DNA of 30,209 nt. Origin: a virus. Its lineage: Duplodnaviria; Caudoviricetes. The stretch's first letter is position 1. The number at the start of each line of letters is the position of its first letter. Under the pieces are notes generated by a model. It did not search any database. It was not told where the DNA came from and worked only from the letters and a program-made list of their open reading frames with translations. A program made the translations under genes and the position numbers. The stretch lies in the IMG/VR virus record IMGVR_UViG_3300027986_000024, positions 1-30,209 of that record; one strand, 5' to 3'. This document shows, piece after piece, positions 7,823 through 15,199 of this stretch.

Positions 7823-8121
7823 ACATTTATGAGCTACATGAGAAGATGACTGCGCATCTATTTCCTGCTTATACCAACGAGGACGAGCGATTCTTAGCTC
7901 TTGCCCTATGTGGCGAGGCAGGTGAACTGGCCAATATGATAAAGAAGCGTTGGCGCGACGGAGTTGATCTCACAGAAGAGATCAAGGAAGAGATCGCTGA
8001 TATTAGAGTTTACCTCGAATTGCTTGCTAAGCGATTTGACATTGAAGGACCCAAGCTTGATCTCTGTGTTGAACGTAAATTAATGAAAGTAGCCGAAAAA
8101 CACAAGGCACGACTAGGATGA
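7819..8121 (+). CDS. MazG-like nucleoside triphosphate pyrophosphohydrolase
   Basis: LCGEAGELANMIKK...IKEEIADIRVYL gives the ExxE...ExxD metal-binding motif. Confidence 0.88.
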   Translation: MNIYELHEKMTAHLFPAYTNEDERFLALALCGEAGELANMIKKRWRDGVDLTEEIKEEIADIRVYLELLAKRFDIEGPKLDLCVERKLMKVAEKHKARLG

Positions 8122-9089
8122 CCGAACCCGCCCCCTCCCCCTTCCTCCCCGGAACTCGCCTCCAAGTCGCGTGGGACTCCACCTCCCTCGGAATGCTAAA
8201 GACCTGCCCGCGCCTCTACTACTACACCATCATCGAAGGCTGGACCTCCCGCGAGGAATCCGTCCACCTCCGCTTCGGGATCGAATACCATGCCGCGCTT
8301 CAAGATTACGATCTCTCGCGAGCCGCCGGTATCACCCATAATGACGCCCTACATGATGTCATTCGGGAGCTTCTACTACGCACGGCAGACTTCGACCCGG
8401 ACCACAAAAGTAAAACACGGGAGAGTCTGGTACGCACAGTTGTTTGGTATCTGGATCAGTTTAAAAACGATCCAGCGGAGACGGTGATCTTGAGCGATGG
8501 GAAACCTGCGGTCGAGCAGAGCTTTCGGTTTGAGTTGGATTGGGGGCCGCCCGAGAAGTTAATAACTGACTACGTTATTGGTGGTGCAAGTGCGGCCGTT
8601 GACATCCACTATATCCTCTGCGGCCACCTCGACCGCCTCGTCCGCTACAACGACGAACTCTTCGTGATGGATCGAAAGACCACCACTTGGACCCTCGGCG
8701 CGAGTTACTTCGCCCAATACGAACCGCACAATCAAATGACCCTTTACACTCTCGCCTCCCAGATCGTCCTCGGGACCGCTGTCAAAGGCGTCATCATCGA
8801 CGCGGCGAGGATAGCCGAATCCACCTCCGACTTCGCGCGCGGCTTCACCTTTCGCTCGCAGGACCAACTCGAAGAGTGGCTCAACGATCTCCACTATTGG
8901 TTCGCCCTCGCCGAGCAATACGCGACGATTGGGATTTGGCCGATGAATGACGTTGCCTGTGACAAATTCGGCGGATGTAAGTTTCGTTCCGTCTGTTCCA
9001 AGTCTCCCTCAGTCCGCCAGCGATTTCTGGAGGGAACCTTTACGAAACTAGAGGAAAGTGCCAAATGGAATCCTTTGCGCCCGCGTTGA
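8118..9089 (+). CDS. PD-(D/E)XK exonuclease, Cas4/AddB-like
   Basis: N-terminal CPR, FGIEYHAAL, VEQSF, GHLDRL, VMDRKTT, QMTLY, C-terminal C-x5-C-x5-C (Fe-S-type Cys set). Confidence 0.9.
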   Translation: MTEPAPSPFLPGTRLQVAWDSTSLGMLKTCPRLYYYTIIEGWTSREESVHLRFGIEYHAALQDYDLSRAAGITHNDALHDVIRELLLRTADFDPDHKSKTRESLVRTVVWYLDQFKNDPAETVILSDGKPAVEQSFRFELDWGPPEKLITDYVIGGASAAVDIHYILCGHLDRLVRYNDELFVMDRKTTTWTLGASYFAQYEPHNQMTLYTLASQIVLGTAVKGVIIDAARIAESTSDFARGFTFRSQDQLEEWLNDLHYWFALAEQYATIGIWPMNDVACDKFGGCKFRSVCSKSPSVRQRFLEGTFTKLEESAKWNPLRPR

Positions 9090-9454
9090 GTGAAACCACT
9101 TACCAACGATGTTTGGAGAAGATCATTCCAGAGCCCAATTCAGGCTGTTGGCTTTGGTTTGGTGCAACAAACAAGAAAGGCTACGGGCACATAAGAGCCA
9201 ATGGAGTGTGGTGGTTAATTCATCGGTTCATGTACACATATCATAAAGGCCCCATTCCGAAAGGAGAGGTGATAAGGCACACTTGTGATAATAGCAGTTG
9301 CGCTAATCCAGACCATCTATTGGCCGGGAGTGCTATGGAGAACGTATTGGACCAGATTAGAAGAGGCCGGTTCAAGCCTCGGCAGGGAATCTGCAAGCCG
9401 GTTGAATTCTACATTGAGAGGAACGAGGAATGGCGGAAGCTGCTAAGCCGATGA
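9065..9454 (+). CDS. HNH homing-type endonuclease
   Basis: GCWLW..GYG..HR..HTCDNSSCANPDHL..EN; start may be TTG 9086 overlapping the nuclease stop. Confidence 0.9.
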   Translation: MESFAPALSETTYQRCLEKIIPEPNSGCWLWFGATNKKGYGHIRANGVWWLIHRFMYTYHKGPIPKGEVIRHTCDNSSCANPDHLLAGSAMENVLDQIRRGRFKPRQGICKPVEFYIERNEEWRKLLSR

Positions 9455-9657
9455 GAGCCATCCTCCCCCTCCTCAAAGCCCGCATCGTCGACCGAGGGCC
9501 AACCCACTTCACCCTCTCCTTCGGCCCAGAATACGGCTCCCCCACTACCATCCGAATCAGCACCAACACCGAAAGGTATGATCTGCGAGATGGCGATATC
9601 CTCACACTTTACACGGAGGTCTTCCTTGCCCAGCCTAAGCCAACATCAATCGAATGA
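9451..9657 (+). CDS. hypothetical protein
   Basis: ATG 9451 overlaps the HNH stop (alternative start 9430). Confidence 0.6.
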   Translation: MRAILPLLKARIVDRGPTHFTLSFGPEYGSPTTIRISTNTERYDLRDGDILTLYTEVFLAQPKPTSIE

Positions 9658-10450
9658 ATTCACCAAAATGCTGCTCGAAGGCGACTCCGGCTCAGGCAAG
9701 ACCGGCGCCCTCACCTCCCTCGTAGCCGCGGGCTACAAGCTCCGCATATTGGACATGGACAATGGCCTTGAAACGCTCAAAGGTTACGTTCTCAAAGAAT
9801 GCCCCGAGAACATTGAAGCTGTTGAATTCCGCACCCTACGGGACCGGTATAAGAGTTCACCCGTCGGACCTGTCGTGGATGGTCAGCCAAAGGCGTTCGT
9901 GGATGCTCTTAAGATGCTCGACCGTTGGAAATACGACGATGTTGACCTTGGGTCACCGTCTTCCTGGGGGAGCGAGGTTATTGTTGTGCTTGATTCCCTT
10001 ACATTCCTTTCTGATGCTGCGTTCTCCTGGGCGCAGGGCCTCAACCCGTCCGCGAAGGACCCCCGCCAGTGGTACGGCACAGCGCAAGACGCGGTCGAGA
10101 AGGTCCTCGCGCTCCTCACATCGCCGAACTTTGAAACGAACGTCATTGTGATCTCGCATATCAAGTACATGGAAACCCCCGAAGGAACCAAGGGCTACCC
10201 AACCGCCGTTGGCTCTGCCCTTTCCCCAGTAATCCCGCGTTATTTTAATAGCGTGGCCATGTGTCGAACCAACTCCCGCGGTGAGCGGAGGATACAAACC
10301 GCAACCACGGGAATGGTAGACTTGAAGAACCCGAAACCATTCGAGATGAAGAAGGAGTATCCACTTGAAACCGGATTAGCCGACTTCTTCGCGGTCCTCC
10401 GCGAACCACCAAAGGCAACTGAACCGAAACTGAAATTGAGGAAAGTCTGA
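9626..10450 (+). CDS. P-loop NTPase (AAA_24/Sak4-like recombination ATPase)
   Basis: Walker A GDSGSGKT, Walker B VIVVLDSLT, VIVISH; TTG start 9626 after GGAGG; lies between a Cas4-like nuclease and an SSB-like gene. Confidence 0.85.
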   Translation: MPSLSQHQSNEFTKMLLEGDSGSGKTGALTSLVAAGYKLRILDMDNGLETLKGYVLKECPENIEAVEFRTLRDRYKSSPVGPVVDGQPKAFVDALKMLDRWKYDDVDLGSPSSWGSEVIVVLDSLTFLSDAAFSWAQGLNPSAKDPRQWYGTAQDAVEKVLALLTSPNFETNVIVISHIKYMETPEGTKGYPTAVGSALSPVIPRYFNSVAMCRTNSRGERRIQTATTGMVDLKNPKPFEMKKEYPLETGLADFFAVLREPPKATEPKLKLRKV

Positions 10451-10451
10451 A

Positions 10452-10907
10452 ATGGCCAAACCCGCAACCCAACGCAAGTTTGAATCCGTCCTCGACATGC
10501 CCGCCTCCGCGGTCGAACGTCCAAAGCCCCTCCCTCGCGGTACTTACATCGCCGTTGTCCAGGGGCAACCCCGGTTCGATAAAAACCCAAATACCGGAAC
10601 TCAATTTGCGGAGTTTACTCTCAAACTCCTCCAAGCCCTTGAAGACGTGGACAAGGATGAACTTGAAGCCCAGGGAGGTCTAAAAGAAAGAACCACACGA
10701 GTTCTTTTCTATCTGACCGACGACTCGGTCTACCGGCTCAAGGAATTCCTAGAGCATTGCGGAGTCGATATGGACTCCGATGCCACAATGAGCCAGCTTG
10801 TGGCCGAGACCCCGGGTTGCCAAGTTGGCATTACCATCATCCACAAGCCTAGCAAGGATGGTGATGCGATCTACGCGAATGTAAAGAATACTTTCCGGCC
10901 GGAGTAA
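10452..10907 (+). CDS. putative ssDNA-binding protein (DUF669-like OB fold)
   Basis: PKPLPRGTYIAVV N-terminal motif, C-terminal YANVK; usual position downstream of the NTPase. Confidence 0.7.
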   Translation: MAKPATQRKFESVLDMPASAVERPKPLPRGTYIAVVQGQPRFDKNPNTGTQFAEFTLKLLQALEDVDKDELEAQGGLKERTTRVLFYLTDDSVYRLKEFLEHCGVDMDSDATMSQLVAETPGCQVGITIIHKPSKDGDAIYANVKNTFRPE

Positions 10908-10913
10908 CCGACC

Positions 10914-11087
10914 GTGAAGGAGGACGGGAGGTTCACCATTACTCTAGTCGAACTGGAGGGCCATCCCGTCCTCCGAATTTCATCAGACGGCGTAACACAC
11001 GAGTACTGGCTTAACGAAGGTCAGGCCAATCTCCTAATCCACCAACTTGTGAATTGGAGAACTCGATGTTCAAGATTGCCCTTATAG
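10914..11087 (+). CDS. possible 57-aa hypothetical protein (not in ORF track)
   Basis: GTG 10914 after GGAG; open to TAG 11085-11087 (MKEDGRFTITLVELEGHPVLRISSDG...). Confidence 0.45.
   Translation: MKEDGRFTITLVELEGHPVLRISSDGVTHEYWLNEGQANLLIHQLVNWRTRCSRLPL
10919..10974. repeat. 11-bp perfect inverted repeat enclosing an inner hairpin
   Basis: GGAGGACGGGA (10919-10929) / TCCCGTCCTCC (10964-10974); inner CTCTAGT-CGA-ACTGGAG stem. Confidence 0.8.
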
Positions 11088-12082
11088 GGGAGGCCTGGGG
11101 TGAGGAAGAAGAGAAACAAAGAACGCCTTTTGTCGGCTATTCGGGCCGGGAACTCACCAACCTCCTCTCCGAAGCCGGAATCCACCGCGCCGACTGCTTC
11201 CTCACCAACGTCTTCAACATCCGCCCTCCCGGCAACAAAATCGAATTCTTCTGCGGCCCCCGCAGCGAAGCCATCCCGGGTTACCCGTCACTCATTAAGG
11301 GGAAGTTTGTTCGTCGAGACTTCATCCCAGAACTCAATCGACTCGCGGATGAACTTGTACATACAAATCCCAACATTATCATCTGTCTTGGCAATACGGC
11401 TTCATGGGCTCTCCTGGGACGAACTTCGATCTCTAAGCATCGCGGGACCACAGAGGTTTCCACTCATACAGTTACAGGCTATAAAGTTCTCCCGACGTAC
11501 CACCCGGCCGCGGTAGTACGGCAATGGGAGTTGAGACCTGTTACGATCCTCGATTTGATGAAGGCGAAGGAAGAGAGCGAGTTCCCGGAAGTACGGCGGC
11601 CAAAGAGAGAAATCTGGATTGAGCCAACCTTGGAGGACCTTTATGAGTTCGAGCGACAGTACATCGAAGGAGCTAAACTCCTTTCTATTGATATTGAAAC
11701 AAGCGGCAACCAGATTACCTGCATTGGATTTGCATCCTCTCCCGAAGTTGGAATCGTCATTCCGTTCACTGACAGTAGAAGAAAGAACCGAGATTATTGG
11801 GGTTCTGCTGAGGCTGAACTCAGAGCTTGGAATTTTGTTAAGCAGGTTCTATCAAAACCATTACCGCGTAAGCTTTTCCAAAACGGCCTCTACGACATCG
11901 CCTTCCTCTGGCGAGCCTACGGAATAAAAGTCCTTGGAGCGGAACACGACACGATGTTGCTTCATCACTCTCTCCAACCCGAATCCCTCAAAGGACTTGG
12001 CTTCCTCGGCTCAATCTACACCGATGAGGGGAGTTGGAAGACGATGCGAGCGAGGGCTACAACAATCAAGTCCGACGAATGA
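11066..12082 (+). CDS. uracil-DNA glycosylase (family 4-like) domain fused to the N-terminal part of a DnaQ-like 3'-5' exonuclease
   Basis: UDG motifs IGEAWGEEE..PFVGYSG, FLTNV, LGNTA, TYHPAA; then ExoI SIDIETSG and ExoII FQNGLYDI, HDTMLLHH..L; ATG 11066 after GGAGA. Confidence 0.88.
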   Translation: MFKIALIGEAWGEEEEKQRTPFVGYSGRELTNLLSEAGIHRADCFLTNVFNIRPPGNKIEFFCGPRSEAIPGYPSLIKGKFVRRDFIPELNRLADELVHTNPNIIICLGNTASWALLGRTSISKHRGTTEVSTHTVTGYKVLPTYHPAAVVRQWELRPVTILDLMKAKEESEFPEVRRPKREIWIEPTLEDLYEFERQYIEGAKLLSIDIETSGNQITCIGFASSPEVGIVIPFTDSRRKNRDYWGSAEAELRAWNFVKQVLSKPLPRKLFQNGLYDIAFLWRAYGIKVLGAEHDTMLLHHSLQPESLKGLGFLGSIYTDEGSWKTMRARATTIKSDE

Positions 12083-12266
12083 AGCGCCGCAAACACTCTG
12101 ACCGACGTAACTGGGAGAACTGCCCACGTTGTGGGGCCAAACTCCACAAGTACACATGCAAGCAATGTGGGTACTCTGCACCAGCATGGTGGGAGCCAGA
12201 ACCAACTAAGCAACCAACAGAATGTGGGCGTGTGATCCCACGTCTTAGCGACGAAGACGAATGAAG
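12074..12266 (+). repeat. 11-bp direct repeat GACGAATGAAG flanking an inserted minigene
   Basis: identical at 12074-12084 and 12256-12266; each copy contains an ATGA stop/start overlap. Confidence 0.85.
12079..12264 (+). CDS. 61-aa zinc-ribbon minigene
   Basis: MKRRKHSDRRNWENCPRCGAKLHKYTCKQCGY...; CxxC-x8-CxxC; ATGA coupling at both ends. Confidence 0.65.
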   Translation: MKRRKHSDRRNWENCPRCGAKLHKYTCKQCGYSAPAWWEPEPTKQPTECGRVIPRLSDEDE

Positions 12267-13787
12267 ATCATCCGCACCGACGAGGCCAGTCCACAGGACC
12301 TCTCTCTTTGGGAGCGCGAGCAAGTCTACAACGGCCTCGACTGCTGTGTGACCGCGGAGGTCCTTGAAGCTCTCCTCCCCCAACTCGATAACCACACCGC
12401 CGCCACCTACAACTTCTCCCGCGAACTGCAAGGTCCCGTCCTCGAAATGCGCCTCCGCGGTGTGTTGATAGATCAAGCCCGAAAGGAGCAAGTCATCAAT
12501 GAATACTATTCCCAACTCGACATCCTCTCCTCCCAACTTGAACGAATTGTTGGCGAAGGTCTTGGAGTTTGGGATTTCAACTGGAGATCAAATAAGGATT
12601 TGCATCACGTCTTCTACGATGTCTTGGGAATCCCTCCCATTCGACGAGGCGGACGTGCGACGGTTAATCGAGACGCTCTTGAGAAGCTCGAGAGTTACTT
12701 CGCCGCAAGCCAAATCGTCAAGCATATCCTCGCAATGCGAGACCTCGGAAAGAAGATCGGGATGCTCAGAACTGAAATCGATCCCGATGGCCGTATGCGC
12801 ACGTCTTACAACATTGCTGGAACCACCACCGGTCGCCTCTCAAGTAGTTTTTCGGAGTTTGGGACCGGAACCAATTTACAAAATATTGAGGAGTCCCTCA
12901 GGTCGGTATTCGTTGCTGATAGAGGAATGAAGCTGGCCTATCTCGATGCAGAACAAGGAGAATCCCGTGTCGTCGGAGCAATCGAATACAATCTCTTTGG
13001 AGATGATAAGTACCTTAACGCTTGCGAGAGTGGCGACCTGCACACTAGCGTTGCCCAGCTCGTTTGGCCCAGCTTGGGGTGGGTGGGCAACCCTGAACAA
13101 GATCGAAAGCTCGCTGAGCAACCTTTCTATCGACATTACGATAGGCGATTCATGTGTAAGAAGATTGGTCACGGAACTAATTACAGAGGTAAACCAAGGA
13201 CACTCGCTGGGCAGGCTAAGATTGAAGTTGGACTTATTGAAGACTTCCAACCCAAATACTTCCGCGCCTTCCCCGCCCACCTCAGATGGCACCGATGGGT
13301 AGCGGAACGCTTAGCCGAGGACGGATATCTAATCACCCTAACCGGCCGCAAGCGCTGGTTCTTCGGGAGGAGGAATGAGGATGCGACTATTCGTGAAGCT
13401 ATTGCCTACGACCCTCAGGGCTCACTTGCTGATATCCTTAATCGAGGAATGCTCCAGGTCTGGAGAGATCGAACTTGTCAGCTTCTCATGCAGATTCATG
13501 ACGCCATTCTCATACAGTATCGAGAGGATCAAGAGGACGAGGTTATACCTCTTGTCTTGGGGCAACTTCGATTTCCAATTGAACTTAAAGGCAGAAGAGA
13601 GTTCTTGATTCCTTACGGAGTAGCCACGGGTTGGAACTGGGGAAAGTTCGATAAGGAGAAGAACCCCGATGGCCTCAAAACCTGGAAGGGTGGGGATCAA
13701 CGGAAGCGGAGCCCGGAAGTGCGAATCATGGATCGAAAGCTTTCTAGCTTTCACCGACAACCTCGAAAGCGCGGAGGTATTTCGTAA
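12261..13787 (+). CDS. polA: family A DNA polymerase (ExoIII motif + polymerase domain)
   Basis: YNGLD (ExoIII), TTTGRLSSS, NLQNI, motif A DAEQGESR, DLH, motif B RFMCKKIGHGTNYRG, TGRKR, motif C QIHDA, GWNWG. Confidence 0.93.
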   Translation: MKIIRTDEASPQDLSLWEREQVYNGLDCCVTAEVLEALLPQLDNHTAATYNFSRELQGPVLEMRLRGVLIDQARKEQVINEYYSQLDILSSQLERIVGEGLGVWDFNWRSNKDLHHVFYDVLGIPPIRRGGRATVNRDALEKLESYFAASQIVKHILAMRDLGKKIGMLRTEIDPDGRMRTSYNIAGTTTGRLSSSFSEFGTGTNLQNIEESLRSVFVADRGMKLAYLDAEQGESRVVGAIEYNLFGDDKYLNACESGDLHTSVAQLVWPSLGWVGNPEQDRKLAEQPFYRHYDRRFMCKKIGHGTNYRGKPRTLAGQAKIEVGLIEDFQPKYFRAFPAHLRWHRWVAERLAEDGYLITLTGRKRWFFGRRNEDATIREAIAYDPQGSLADILNRGMLQVWRDRTCQLLMQIHDAILIQYREDQEDEVIPLVLGQLRFPIELKGRREFLIPYGVATGWNWGKFDKEKNPDGLKTWKGGDQRKRSPEVRIMDRKLSSFHRQPRKRGGIS

Positions 13788-14853
13788 ATGGACCGCGATC
13801 ACAATCCTCGCCGCGGCGTTGGAACAAAAGACCTGGATCACCACCTCCGACCGACTTTACCCAAACCTCTATACTATCCTAGTTGGACATCCTGGTGTCG
13901 GGAAAACCCGTACTATTATGTCAGGACGCAAATTCCTCGCGGAGTTACCAGAGTTCCATATCGCCCCGACTTCTATGAAGATGGCGTCCCTTGTCGATGC
14001 CCTTCTTGCAGCCAAGCGGACTATTATCGCTTTGCCGGAGCCAGCTATGGAGTACCACTCCATGAGCTTGCTCGTAGACGAGTGGACCGCATTCATGCAC
14101 GCCTTCGACGACGAGTTAGTCGGTGGGCTCACCACCTTCTACGACGTGGTGGTTCCATATGAGCATCATCGAAGGGGTAAAGACATTCGCATTAAGATAC
14201 CCCGGCCCCAGCTTTCTATCCTTGCAGGTTCCACCCCTAGTAATCTCATTAAGTTTATGCCTGAGGGCGCTTGGGATCAGGGCTTCACTTCTCGTGTTCT
14301 TCTTATATATTCTGATGAACGCTTTGTTGGTGACGACTTTGCTCAGACGACGCGGGACCTTCCGGAGGAAATGATCTACGATCTAAAGCTGATCTACGCC
14401 CTACAGGGCGAGTTCCAAATCTCAAAGGAGTACCGCGAACTTGTCAACGCGTGGCGAGCGTCGAATGAGGAACCGAAACCAAGTCATCCCAAGCTTGTCC
14501 ATTATAACACTCGCCGTCGGGCTCATCTTTATAAGCTCTCGATGGTGGCCAGTGTCAATCGCGGCGGTGATCTTGTCCTTCGCGCTGATGACTTTCGCTC
14601 TGCGCTGTTCTGGCTGGGAGAAGCGGAGATGACGATGCCGGCGATATTTGAGGCGGGGGCATCGAGCGTGGATGCCCGAGCGATGGATGAGTTAGTTGAT
14701 TGGTTACGAACTCAAAAGGGCCCAGTGCCCCAGCATCGGCTCATCCACCGCGCAACGAGGTTGTTCCCGCTGCACGCGGTTACGAAGGTGATTGATCTAC
14801 TGCATCTAGCTGGAAGAATTCAGAAGTCGAATGACGGCTTCACCGCTACTTAG
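13669..14853 (+). CDS. DUF3987-like AAA+ ATPase, probable replicative helicase
   Basis: YPNLYTILVGHPGVGKT (Walker A), LLVDEW (Walker B), LSILAGSTP, GFTSR; own SD TAAGGAG; overlaps the pol 3' end by 119 nt. Confidence 0.75.
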   Translation: MASKPGRVGINGSGARKCESWIESFLAFTDNLESAEVFRKWTAITILAAALEQKTWITTSDRLYPNLYTILVGHPGVGKTRTIMSGRKFLAELPEFHIAPTSMKMASLVDALLAAKRTIIALPEPAMEYHSMSLLVDEWTAFMHAFDDELVGGLTTFYDVVVPYEHHRRGKDIRIKIPRPQLSILAGSTPSNLIKFMPEGAWDQGFTSRVLLIYSDERFVGDDFAQTTRDLPEEMIYDLKLIYALQGEFQISKEYRELVNAWRASNEEPKPSHPKLVHYNTRRRAHLYKLSMVASVNRGGDLVLRADDFRSALFWLGEAEMTMPAIFEAGASSVDARAMDELVDWLRTQKGPVPQHRLIHRATRLFPLHAVTKVIDLLHLAGRIQKSNDGFTAT

Positions 14854-15148
14854 CCGCCCCATTAATAAGCTTATTCAACCTCATAACCAAATCATCAACC
14901 CTCTTCCCCTCCTGCAACTGCCTATCCTCCACCCGGTCAATCCTCCCGCTCTGCCTCGTCTGCTCAACCACAATCTCCGCAAGCTTCTTGATTTCCTCTT
15001 TGAAATCCTCAATCTGCGCGTCAATCATGGTAAACCGCACCTCCAGAATCTTCGTATCTGATTTGACGCTATACGCAAACGCGATACCGCCGAGCAGGAA
15101 CGCAACCACAGTCAGGATATTCCCTAGGCTGATGGTGAGATCGAACAT
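14846..15148 (-). CDS. membrane protein with N-terminal TM helix and coiled coil (lysis-associated; holin- or i-spanin-like)
   Basis: LGNILTVVAFLLGGIAFAY TM segment followed by a heptad-like charged region; last gene of the lysis cluster; SD GGAGA. Confidence 0.6.
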   Translation of the reverse strand: MFDLTISLGNILTVVAFLLGGIAFAYSVKSDTKILEVRFTMIDAQIEDFKEEIKKLAEIVVEQTRQSGRIDRVEDRQLQEGKRVDDLVMRLNKLINGAAK

Positions 15149-15166
15149 CTTGTCTCCGGAAAGGGC

Positions 15167-15184
15167 GGGAGCATTTGCGCTCCC
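15167..15184 (-). terminator. GC-rich hairpin, possible weak terminator or mRNA stabiliser after the OMP gene
   Basis: minus strand GGGAGCG-CAAA-TGCTCCC followed by GCCCTTT; U-tract is short. Confidence 0.35.
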
Positions 15185-15199
15185 TAGTCAGACGGGTCG

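Noticed and set aside
8118-9089. Cas4-like gene as evidence of a CRISPR-Cas system
   Set aside because: No repeat-spacer array or other cas genes seen; the nuclease-NTPase-SSB context is a standard phage recombination module.
12079-12264. Possible group I intron or intein splitting the polymerase
   Set aside because: Only 182 nt, no recognisable intron core or intein motifs; removing one repeat unit leaves an ATGA stop/start overlap, not an in-frame fusion.
13669-13787. Programmed frameshift fusing polymerase to the AAA+ ATPase
   Set aside because: The downstream gene has its own SD (TAAGGAG) and ATG, and I saw no clear slippery heptamer in the overlap.
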